A stretch of DNA of 64,000 bases, taken from the IMG/VR virus record IMGVR_UViG_3300006919_000043, positions 1 through 64,000 of that record; one strand, written 5' to 3'. The notes under the pieces were generated by a model. It saw nothing but the letters and a program-made list of their open reading frames with translations, made no database searches and was not told where the DNA came from. The position numbers and the translations under genes are program-made. Positions 37,901 through 47,200 of the stretch are shown piece by piece. Source of the DNA: a virus. Within the stretch, counting starts at the first letter, position 1. The number at the start of each line of letters is the position of its first letter.

Positions 37901-40900
37901 TGGGAATTGCTGTCCTACCGCTAAATCACTGTGTAAAGAAACAGCCTTTGTGCTGGTAACAAGATATTCTTCATTCTTGTTGTCTTTCCTTTCGCTATTA
38001 GTTTCGACAACCATACCAAGTCTTGGCGATAAGTCGGATTGGACTTGTCTGTGATCGGCTATCTCGGATAATGGAATTGGCATTACGCCTCTTTCAGCAC
38101 TTGTTCCGCCCGTAGCGTCTTTCATGTTTAATGACCGACCCCAATTGTTGGCTGGATAGTGGATTAAATCTCCACTGCTTTGAGCATTGTCTGTTGGGTG
38201 TGCGTTGATATGCAGGTTGTTTCCTTTAGGTGTGGCTTGACTAATTGGATCGGAACCTTTATTCAACACTTTAGCATGTAAGAATTTAGCATTCGCACCT
38301 GTTAAATCCGTTTTGTTTGTTCTTTCAGCAGTGATTATACCTGCTGGCATCGCTTTGGGAGATACCATACCTAAACTTTCAATTTCTAATGTCCTACCCA
38401 TACCGACCTTTCTTTCCTTTGGAGTCCACTTATCGTTAGACAACCTTGTGTAGCCTTGTAAATCAAATGCTTCGTTAGTGTGTTCGCTCATTACTACACC
38501 AATAGGAACGGTTCTATGTATTCCATCATTCAGTGCTGATGTTTGCCAATCGCCACCAACAGGCAATTTGTTCATGGTGTCATGTATTCCTCCGTCAAAC
38601 CTACCCGAAGCCTGTATCTTTTGTTGATTGACGGCATCAACATTGGGCTTACCGGCAAGCATGTTCAAAGCATCGCTACCGCTTCGGAAACCAAAGGCTC
38701 TTACTGGCAACCTACGACTCCAATCAACAGCAACCATAGGATTTCTTACTGATGTTACCTCATTCCAAACATCATTGTTTTGACTATTATCCATGTCCAA
38801 AATAGAACGGAGAATGTTCTTTGTTGGGTTTAAGCCATCACCTATGCCCTCACCACGACTCTTTCTCCTTGTGTAACCGTAGTAAGAAAAGTGTGGTCGC
38901 AATTCAAGTGTTCCTTCGGCTTCATTAATACCATCATGCCCCATCAAAACTGCACCTGCGGCTCTTTGACCCAAAACACTGCCGTGCCCTGCGGCAAGGA
39001 GTCCGTTGTAGCCGTAATTCTGTAACCACTGGAACGCATATAGCCTCTCAAACGGCATAGAAACCTTTGGTGTTCCTTCTTGTTGGTTTCCACCCGCCTC
39101 AACATTTGCATTTCTTAACATCAAGCCCCGTAGTGGAGGACTGTTGATACCCTTCGGCATACCTGCACTTCTATACCGGAATGTCATGTAATGCTCACGG
39201 CTTGTGCCAAACAGTGCAGGGTGGCTATACTCCGCAAGCCATGTGCATAGGAAAGCATCGGGGGTAGCACCGGAGTTAGTGCCATCAGCCTTGACTAAAG
39301 CCAAGTCATTGTGTTCAGCATTTCTATCAAAATCACTTGACGATGCCAAGACTTGTCTTTTTGGTATTGGTGAAGCGGAGGCATTCACAAGATCTGGGTC
39401 ATGTGCTATAAGAGGCGGCACCGTTCCTAACTCCGTTCCTACACGGGGTTGTAACCAACCAGCAGGGTGTCCATAATATGTGTTAGTGCATCGGATTTGC
39501 AGACCGCCGCTTTCTTTCTTTTGGAAGTTTTGTAAAGAAGGCTGTGGGCGACCGCCCATCAATAAATACTGACTTACGATAAAGCCATTTAATGTAAATT
39601 CTTCACCTGCGTTGTGTCTATTTCCTACAACTCTTGATGTTGCTAAATCTAAAGCCACAGCCGCATTGTGAGAGGCATTACCATACCCACCAAAATTCTG
39701 TAATTCTTTTCCTATAACGCCTTGAACAAAGTGTTGTTGTTCTTTAGCACCTTCTGTGTTAGTGTGTTCTTGACCCGGTGCGAATAAAATGTCATAGTTA
39801 TCTTTTGGCGCACTACCGAAATACTGATGATGGCGAGGCAAAGTGTTATTTTTGATTTCACCATGTGGTAATCCATCAGCCGAGAAAGAACCTGCGTTAG
39901 AAGAATGACCCCTTACTTCTAATGTATCAAGATAATAAGATGTTGCACCTTGATTGCTATTTGCTGATTGGAAGCCCCAGTGTTTGTTCTCGGACTCGGC
40001 TTCAAACATCAAGGAATAAGCCGAACCACTTGACCGATGCAATTGCCTACGCATAGAAATTGGTGTTCCTCTTACCGTCATTGGCGTTACGAATGAATGC
40101 CCCTGCCTACCAAATCTAATTCGGTGGTGTGCTAATTTGTATGGTGCTAAACCTGCATTACCATCAAGCACTGAACCCCTTTCCACATGATCTGATAATC
40201 TATGAGATGCAAACAGTCGTGTGGTGCCGCTTGGTTTAGCACCGGGTGTATTGTTCAAGTCTAAACCAAATTTGCTGGTCAAAGTATCGTGAAGAATACG
40301 AACAGGATGGAAATGGAGAACCATATCGTTTGTGTCAAACTGTGAGGCTTCGTCTATTGTTGAATATGGACTTAGCCCAGCCTCAATTACCCCCGCTTTA
40401 TCGGGTCTTGGTATGCTCAAACCACCCATTCCCCAAGATAAGTGTCGCCATGCTTGCACCCTATCATGACCGGAATATACAATTATGTTACCCGGTATCT
40501 CATCTTGACTTGGCAAGCGCAATTGCAGGTTCGATTCTATACCACTGTTTGGAGATGAAGGCAGTGTAGTTTCTTGTTTGGTTGCAGGATCTATTCGTGA
40601 TTGTTTGTAATTGTAATCTCTAATGACTGTGCCAAAAGGTGAGCCACCTTCAAGAATTAACTGGGCACCAGTATCGTCAACTACTGGTAGTGAATCAAAG
40701 ACCATTTCTTCATTTGGTATCTGTAATCCTTTGATTTGTTCAGTGTTGACATCCCTTACAATTCTATATGGCCTATGCACATACCCAGCGTTAAGGTGCG
40801 GTTGTCCGTTTGTTGATGTTAATGTTGACAAAACGCCCGATTTCAAACTATATTGACGCAGTGCTTGATGTTTGTCTATATCACCCGTTGTCATGTTTGT

Positions 40901-43900
40901 AAATTCGGTGTGTTCATCAGCGTTTCCGTCACGCAACTCGGAGAATCGTGAATCTAAAACCCCACCATCTTCAAACGCAACTTTCCATTTACTCGTTTCT
41001 TTACCTTTGAAAAGCATCTCACCGTGTCGAAGCGTGGTGGCGACATTTTGGGTTAATGTTATTGTCGGTGTCGCACGGAACAAAAGTGTGTCTGTTGGTA
41101 TATCTTCAACAAGACTGGAAAACAGTAATCGTGAAAATGTAACACCGTTGACTACTCTTTCATCTAACACACCACTAATGACACCATACAATTTACCTTG
41201 AGAATCAACTAATTGACCCAAATTCCCTACGGTTCGGTTGACATAATCCGTCAATTCCATGTCGCCGCCAAAGGTTTGATTGTCAATACTTTTGATACCT
41301 ACACTGGATTTCACAACCAAATGTCTGTTAGTCGTAGCGTGTTCAGTGGTATAGGATTGTAATGTGCTTGTAGCATTTTCATAATCCATCGTTGGCTTAT
41401 ACAATGACATCCCTTTAGTCAAACTTGTTTGGTTAGTGCCGGGTGTTAGGTTCTCAAGGTTGGCGGGATCGCCAAATGTAAGTGACTGTGGCGTAAGTGA
41501 TTCTCCGTATATTGGTTCACCGGGTGTTAATCTTAAATTAACATTTTCAACACCACTCATTCTGTAAGTATGGGTGCTGGTGCTTAGGTTGCTTGCTAAT
41601 GATATTGTCCATTGACTGGTTTTTCTTGTTCTAAGACCAAACTGATAAGGCACTATTGTCAAACCAATTTGGTTTTGTTCAGCAAGGGTTATTCGTGTTT
41701 TTGTTACGCTTGATACCGTGCCCACTTCCGTTCCAGTATTTGTTTCTAAGATAGCACCCGGAACAACCCCTATTTGCCTTAAATCTTGCATAATTGTGTT
41801 AGGCTCAAATTCCAACTGTGTGGTTGACAACTGCGGAACAACAGTGCCCGCACCTAAACCCATAGAAGCCTGTGACATAAAAGCGTTAAGAGGCCGAGAA
41901 TAAGATGTTTGTTGAATTTCCGATATTGTTCCAATGTATGCCGGTGTGTATAACACTTGACCATTAGCCAAACCTTGATTGGTTGCTGAATGTAGCACTA
42001 TTGTTGTAGTGTTGACGCTTTTCACAATTCCTAACAATATGTTGGTTTGACCTGCGACTTTGTATAGAGGTTCGCCTACCTTGATACGGTCGCCATACTG
42101 ACCTGCTGATGTTGGATCAGTGGTTCCGAAACCAGTGTTCACTGTAATTGTGTCCGAGCCGTTAAATGAATTGACTGTAACGCCTGTGCTATACAATGTG
42201 TGTGTTGAATATATCCTTTCACCTTCATGAAACAACAAGTTAGGATCAGTGTTCGCCACTGCTATGGTGTTTATGTCTTGCTGACTACTTGGCTCTATCG
42301 CATTACCGGATTCTGCATAAATTAGACAACCATTATTCGATATACCCGGTGCGTATCGCTTTACAATATTTGTTATAGGTATTGTTCCAATTAAAGCATC
42401 ATTATCCTTTCTAACTTCATCTCCTTGATTGAAAACAGCATTCGCTTCACCACCTTCTTGGTCGGCCACTATTGTGCTTAAATCCCCAACTGAATGGCTA
42501 TTACCGCTTGGGTTTGGGTTGAATGTTCTGCCTTGTGTTCGGTAATGATGAGTGCCGACATTCATACTACTGTCTATGTTTTTCGGTCCTACTGCTCTTA
42601 AACCCGTTGGTGTAATTTCGCTAATAGATGATATTGTTCCTATTTCAACAGCATCGGAATTGTAAATTTTGTCGCCATCTTCAAAATGGGCTTTGATGGT
42701 GGTTGAAGGTGTTAAGACTGGAATACTTGTGCCGGTTGTTATGTTGGCATTGGCAGAAACCACACAGTTTGTGCTGAACGGTCCGGCTGTGTCCAATTCG
42801 GTGCCGTGTTCATTGTCTGTAATATACAAGGCATCGTTATTGATAACTGCGTTATCTGCTTGATTGGTTCCTCGCCATTGATACGGATCGATTTCGCTTG
42901 AACCCATGATATTGGGTCCGTCGAATGGCATATCGGGTGGTGGCATGTCGGGCATAGTGCATGAGTTAAGACCCTCTATGGAGAATCGAGAATATCCATG
43001 CCCTACGCTGTGAGTTTGAGGCTGTGCCCCCCTTGAATCAGCATTTACATTTGGCAACCCCATGTTGCCTCCATCCATTGGCTTTGCTGTCAAATGCCAT
43101 ACTGGTAAATCAACACCAAGACCTTGAACAATCGGACCTCCGTTTGCTGTTCCCCAATATCCACCACCTGTTGGAGTATCTTGTTCCCATGAAACGACAA
43201 CAGTGTGTTGTTCACTGGTTTCATTATCAATCAAGAATACTGGTTGTGAAGATCCTATATTGATGTGTTCGACATTTCCTACTACTCCGGTAGTCGTTTC
43301 TATTTTCGTAATGTTGAATGAAATGGTTGTTTCGCTGTCTATTTCATATCCATCGTATGTTAGCGTATAGACACTAACTGGTTGACCACCATCATCTTGA
43401 ATTGGTGAATTAGGATTACCTCTAATCGTGCCACGCTTAGGAATGTCGGTTGGCATATTAAGATTGTAACCTGTAAATGTTCGCCTGTTGGGGGTGCCTA
43501 TTTGTAGCATACGCAATAAGCCGCCTCTAACCGGTTGAGCGTTGCTCAAATCCACTGCAATCGGCTCATAGAACCTAATTTCTCCACCTTGTATTTCCAT
43601 TATCTTTCCTATGTATTCATTGTTTAGTGTATATAGGCTGGTGTTTGGTGACAAATAACCACCAATACCGTAATTGAAAGTTAATGTTGTTGTTGAACCA
43701 GCAACATGGTTTCCGCTTACCTGTAATACACCTTGACCAACATCCAAACCAGCACCCCATACCTTAATCGGTGCATTTCCAATACCGCTACCATACGCAC
43801 CATATTGCTTATTGCCGGACATTTTTGTATATCTTGCTCTAAGATACCTACTGACAGAATGCTGGCCTATTTGCCTGTGCCTACTTGAATTGATATGTGA

Positions 43901-44281
43901 TGCGATAAGTCGTGCCGCTTCTTCTGTTCCTAAATTAAATGTTTTTGCTGGTATGGATGAACCGTTTGCTCTTGCTGTTGCGTTAGCCTCCGCCGCCCTT
44001 TTCAAATCAATCAACTGAAAGTTTGTTCCATTCCTGTTGTCCTCTCCATTAGTTTGACCAGCAGTGCTGTCATTTGCTAAAGGTGTTCTAATCAAGAAAT
44101 TAATACCCAACTGATTGGTTCCGTTCTTAGCGAATGTCATGTCGGTTGGATCTTCATACGCAGTATCGGGATAAGTGAAATGGAGGCTGAAATAACCACT
44201 GGCCGTAACACCATTGTCTGTTCCTACTGCTGTCAATTCAGCCGGAAACTCCCGCTTCATGAAAGACAGTCTTTCGCCCAT
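34928..44281 (-). CDS. giant tail-tip/hub protein (about 3100 aa) with repeated beta modules
   Basis: Start ATG 44281 after GGTGA; C-terminal hub-like region (ANHVIVEG, IEPGEIIAVDF); internal repeats. Confidence 0.7.
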   Translation of the reverse strand: MGERLSFMKREFPAELTAVGTDNGVTASGYFSLHFTYPDTAYEDPTDMTFAKNGTNQLGINFLIRTPLANDSTAGQTNGEDNRNGTNFQLIDLKRAAEANATARANGSSIPAKTFNLGTEEAARLIASHINSSRHRQIGQHSVSRYLRARYTKMSGNKQYGAYGSGIGNAPIKVWGAGLDVGQGVLQVSGNHVAGSTTTLTFNYGIGGYLSPNTSLYTLNNEYIGKIMEIQGGEIRFYEPIAVDLSNAQPVRGGLLRMLQIGTPNRRTFTGYNLNMPTDIPKRGTIRGNPNSPIQDDGGQPVSVYTLTYDGYEIDSETTISFNITKIETTTGVVGNVEHINIGSSQPVFLIDNETSEQHTVVVSWEQDTPTGGGYWGTANGGPIVQGLGVDLPVWHLTAKPMDGGNMGLPNVNADSRGAQPQTHSVGHGYSRFSIEGLNSCTMPDMPPPDMPFDGPNIMGSSEIDPYQWRGTNQADNAVINNDALYITDNEHGTELDTAGPFSTNCVVSANANITTGTSIPVLTPSTTIKAHFEDGDKIYNSDAVEIGTISSISEITPTGLRAVGPKNIDSSMNVGTHHYRTQGRTFNPNPSGNSHSVGDLSTIVADQEGGEANAVFNQGDEVRKDNDALIGTIPITNIVKRYAPGISNNGCLIYAESGNAIEPSSQQDINTIAVANTDPNLLFHEGERIYSTHTLYSTGVTVNSFNGSDTITVNTGFGTTDPTSAGQYGDRIKVGEPLYKVAGQTNILLGIVKSVNTTTIVLHSATNQGLANGQVLYTPAYIGTISEIQQTSYSRPLNAFMSQASMGLGAGTVVPQLSTTQLEFEPNTIMQDLRQIGVVPGAILETNTGTEVGTVSSVTKTRITLAEQNQIGLTIVPYQFGLRTRKTSQWTISLASNLSTSTHTYRMSGVENVNLRLTPGEPIYGESLTPQSLTFGDPANLENLTPGTNQTSLTKGMSLYKPTMDYENATSTLQSYTTEHATTNRHLVVKSSVGIKSIDNQTFGGDMELTDYVNRTVGNLGQLVDSQGKLYGVISGVLDERVVNGVTFSRLLFSSLVEDIPTDTLLFRATPTITLTQNVATTLRHGEMLFKGKETSKWKVAFEDGGVLDSRFSELRDGNADEHTEFTNMTTGDIDKHQALRQYSLKSGVLSTLTSTNGQPHLNAGYVHRPYRIVRDVNTEQIKGLQIPNEEMVFDSLPVVDDTGAQLILEGGSPFGTVIRDYNYKQSRIDPATKQETTLPSSPNSGIESNLQLRLPSQDEIPGNIIVYSGHDRVQAWRHLSWGMGGLSIPRPDKAGVIEAGLSPYSTIDEASQFDTNDMVLHFHPVRILHDTLTSKFGLDLNNTPGAKPSGTTRLFASHRLSDHVERGSVLDGNAGLAPYKLAHHRIRFGRQGHSFVTPMTVRGTPISMRRQLHRSSGSAYSLMFEAESENKHWGFQSANSNQGATSYYLDTLEVRGHSSNAGSFSADGLPHGEIKNNTLPRHHQYFGSAPKDNYDILFAPGQEHTNTEGAKEQQHFVQGVIGKELQNFGGYGNASHNAAVALDLATSRVVGNRHNAGEEFTLNGFIVSQYLLMGGRPQPSLQNFQKKESGGLQIRCTNTYYGHPAGWLQPRVGTELGTVPPLIAHDPDLVNASASPIPKRQVLASSSDFDRNAEHNDLALVKADGTNSGATPDAFLCTWLAEYSHPALFGTSREHYMTFRYRSAGMPKGINSPPLRGLMLRNANVEAGGNQQEGTPKVSMPFERLYAFQWLQNYGYNGLLAAGHGSVLGQRAAGAVLMGHDGINEAEGTLELRPHFSYYGYTRRKSRGEGIGDGLNPTKNILRSILDMDNSQNNDVWNEVTSVRNPMVAVDWSRRLPVRAFGFRSGSDALNMLAGKPNVDAVNQQKIQASGRFDGGIHDTMNKLPVGGDWQTSALNDGIHRTVPIGVVMSEHTNEAFDLQGYTRLSNDKWTPKERKVGMGRTLEIESLGMVSPKAMPAGIITAERTNKTDLTGANAKFLHAKVLNKGSDPISQATPKGNNLHINAHPTDNAQSSGDLIHYPANNWGRSLNMKDATGGTSAERGVMPIPLSEIADHRQVQSDLSPRLGMVVETNSERKDNKNEEYLVTSTKAVSLHSDLAVGQQFPLTPSYVTETVMSKNAGSSRTNASTFERTYGGPDGLGTNQRTSYPEWILNGKADLGSPTLSDTVSNFTEYIKDHWAVRGCGDLPPWGGVYILKREWLEYEENSNRVRSITPVGDISGALSNTGFNAPQSSATLQPVRKEAHYIMRMVRPLKVFGWSSRQQGGGIDLGQDGWLLGGFSTLSQTGNTHQPFTRDKRYGMFELNSNKTYGNIEPITASEDRSPVMTWPDGNNRNEVWHLIPSANMLQHFKSDAARRNQDGQLDTKIDARYSQSTHPGGGDIVSQTEVQTGLNYTNQFKRMRPYLRMANDEIAVRAQPDHTMTTLGSRTTIKVDAGNMLVVEDATGFPYSGSLVIIGLSGSLFYNSRDENHFFVYNSTGDCLSINDLSGREVIFGKNASITVKSTIANTYPSRHSLVVLPSFVDNAITMAGYEAEKWEATNTLNDTPISTALSYRALGHYEPSDFTMLTPQRFVLNDGNKEGSLSYIRKPGTGGLTTVYVDGKALSSNHFSPYLLDAARNRWRVSGAVDNTLKFRNLKENSLADSGISLDGYVRLAHYMSVGVRTSDAALMLLKDVEQTIAGADLLPYESVLSQKVVENALVTDLGGSMGGQSQEAYLNAHPSLYATVEHSSVFTDRDVNGVGLMEVLRTLSQFDDKQLVMDSNGIILYSNDAFVAKEKRLGTSSGPQNIEISAMLEMANHVIVEGERLAENEKVRSEIKDLEKIKQMGGTGNEEGVTRTSTNIVAGLTSNSVAKKMAKRIMNRSEQGASLIKVDGLVSASHIEPGEIIAVDFTNEGIKGLFAVFETTHDSTTGMTSMVIGQYEKGIEGLLADILSSLQTTSEKPTGEFSEQVSVSMSDTVRILSAQRILTRLVLNNRLLIGGRWRNTEQTSQLGAIGVKGGLTGVLKNGGINANTTPFIAVNGVDVRTRIKANDRVYLTDGQFVGVVAVDPVSVLQFTLTANNLVTIPDGAEFRVSSNRADPLGHSKSVFYEVR

Positions 44282-44285
44282 GTTA

Positions 44286-47200
44286 TCACCAAGTGTTCCT
44301 CGCATTATAGAGATTGGTGACTTGTTGTGATGTCATACCGTAATTCCACATAGCCATCTCACTAAGCACACCTTTCCAATATCTTGGGTCGTCATTACCA
44401 TTACCTGTGGTTCCTTTATAGTAACCCGGAAATGATGTCGGGTGCAAAAGATCTATACCAACACAGTGCATGTATGAGGCTTTACCAAAAAGACCACTTG
44501 CTAACGCATTACCGACACCAATAGTTTGTGGCAAGTGCCTTCCACTATCCAACCCTAACGGTTCCGATAAAGTCCACGGTGCATCTGCTGGAATTGCGCC
44601 GTTAACATAAAGGATAGCCTGTGCTGATGTCGGACTTCTTGTGATAACTATGTGTTGATATTCGTCTTTTGGTCTATCAGTTATTTCGGCTGATAGCCTA
44701 ACAGTGGTGCCGTTAGTATGCGGTGTCATTACTATAACACGATAAGAAAATACCCCACTTGAAGAACCCTGCTTTGAAAGTATTGACACACCTAACCCTT
44801 TGTAATCGGTTGCCCCTGTGTTAATAAAACCGTGATACACCGGACCGTTACCCCATGCTTGATTAGACCAATTGCCAGTGTTACCCGGCTTGAAAAAGAA
44901 AGAAAAGGTATATTGTGATTCCGTATTGTCAACCCATTCTCTTTGCATGGGCACTAAACTTGGCACTTGAACCGTGTTAGAATTATTATTCGTTACCAAG
45001 TCTTTGTCGTGCAAAGCAATTGCGAATGCTGATGTGTGACCGTTGGATAACACCCCTTTACAACTCGGATCTGCTGTTGGTCCGGCCACTAATGCAACAC
45101 TGTCGCTTCGATTGACATACACTTTAGAGCCATGAATTGTGTCTATGGCTAACTTCTTTCTTGCCTGTGGCTGTCCTAATTCCTCTTGGCTCATTGGCAA
45201 ATACCAAACACATGTATTCCTTGCATCTAATTTATTGGCGGCATCGGGCAAAGCCCCAGTGACAACTGTGTTCACTTGATGGTGCATCCCACGATATGTG
45301 TTGGAATTTACAGTATCTTCATTCTTCAACTCACTAAAGTCAAGCACTGCGGCTGATGTTTGCACACCTTCTAAGTTTTGGAAACCACTGTGCCCAGCCG
45401 GACCTTTAGAATAGTGGTGTGTATAGAAGTCGCTGTAATCATTATCGGTTCCGTCGCTAATGTCGAATGTTACGCCAGTGTGCCCACCACCAAAGAATAG
45501 AATACCATTAGCATCAACAAGTGGGTTCAATAGTTTGATAGGCACTTCTTTCAATGCCCCTGTGTTATCGTAAAACAAATCTTTCCACTTCTTGCCTAAT
45601 GTTTTATCCAAAGGCTGTGTATTGAACAAACCAATACAAGAACCAACTCCGGAAACTTTGCTGGGTGGGTTGTTTTGAACACCTGTAACTATACCATCAA
45701 ACTCTCCTAAATATTCATTATCAACTAAAATCAACGCTTTACGCTCTCTTGTAATTTTTCCTTTGATTCTATACAATATATCCAGTGCTTTGCGCTCAAC
45801 CATGAGAGTCGGTTGCGATTCGGGGTCATACAACGGCATTGGATTGCCATTTTCAAATTTCGGCAAAGCCACTGTATTGAAACTAAACTCTTGTCCTACA
45901 CCTTCATAGGTGCGAAGATTGTTGTCGCTATCACTTACTGCCCCATGCACACCGCCTTGAAATGTGGTTATTGGTATATGCGTTTCTCCATCCATTCCTA
46001 ACGGTAATGGCGCAGGGAATGAACCTGCTTGATAAGAACGGCTGTTGGTAGCCAATAGTCCACCATGCCCTACTGCTTGTATTGGCCTATATGGGTATGG
46101 GCTGTTGTTATTCAACCACACTGCAAAATTTCGCCCCGATGCACCCGGCACGGTGCTATGAATTACAATTGACAATCCTTCTTCACCATCCCTGCTTTCA
46201 ACACCTTGTCCTAAGAATGCTCTCAAATACCCCATGTGAGAGCCAGTGTCAACACTTGCTGGTGCGTCATGATTACCTTTTGCGTTAGTGAACAATGGCG
46301 GTGGGTCGAATGCACTACCGCCCTGTAAATTCTTTGCGTTAGGATGTCCGGCTTGGTTTATGCGCCTTATCAATTCATTAACAGCATCTTCAAACTTGCT
46401 TACCGTTCCAGCACTTGCTACATCACCTAATTTAATCTTCATTGGCCTAACCCAATCAAGACTAATGCCGTCGCTTCTTTTACCTTTTAATGACAAATAA
46501 CCACTGCGGCATTCAACGGGCGGAACCAATGGTTTGGTATCTTGCGAATATAGATAATGTCCGGGGTCGAAGGCGAAACCCTCCATATTCGGACCATCAT
46601 ATATTAATACGGTATTTGGGTCATTGGGATCGAGATGTATTCCGCTTCTATCCACCACACCGTTTGTTGTTGTTTTACCAAGTGCAAATGTTTTTTCTAA
46701 CGGTCCAATAAAAGACTGTGCTACGGTGCTTTCCGTGCTGTTCGCACCTACTGGACCAGCGTTTAGTGCGCTAAAAGTGCCTTCAAGCAAAGTGTTAGTA
46801 TTAGGAATAACATAATTAAGTGGCGGAAAACCTACTCCAATACCACCTGCGTTAGTCAACCAACTACCCATAACAACAGGCAATCCAGCCGTAATAATAC
46901 TCTTCAACCCAGCATAATTTAAGTTATCATCATCAAAGTCTTGGTATGCGTTAAAGTATAATCTGCTTTCGGTGCCGACTGTTAGTGCTTGATGTATGTG
47001 TAATCGTATGCCTTTTTCACTGATGATGCCCTCCCCTACGGTTACTACAAAACCCGTATTGTCAAATGGTTCTGTTGCTAAGGGGGCAGTGACATAATTC
47101 CCACTGGTAGTGCCGTCAAATCCACCTTCTCCATGCAAATTGCCTTGTATGAAAGGTAAGATTGAGTCAACTAAAAGGTATGTGCCAAAGTGCGAAAAGT

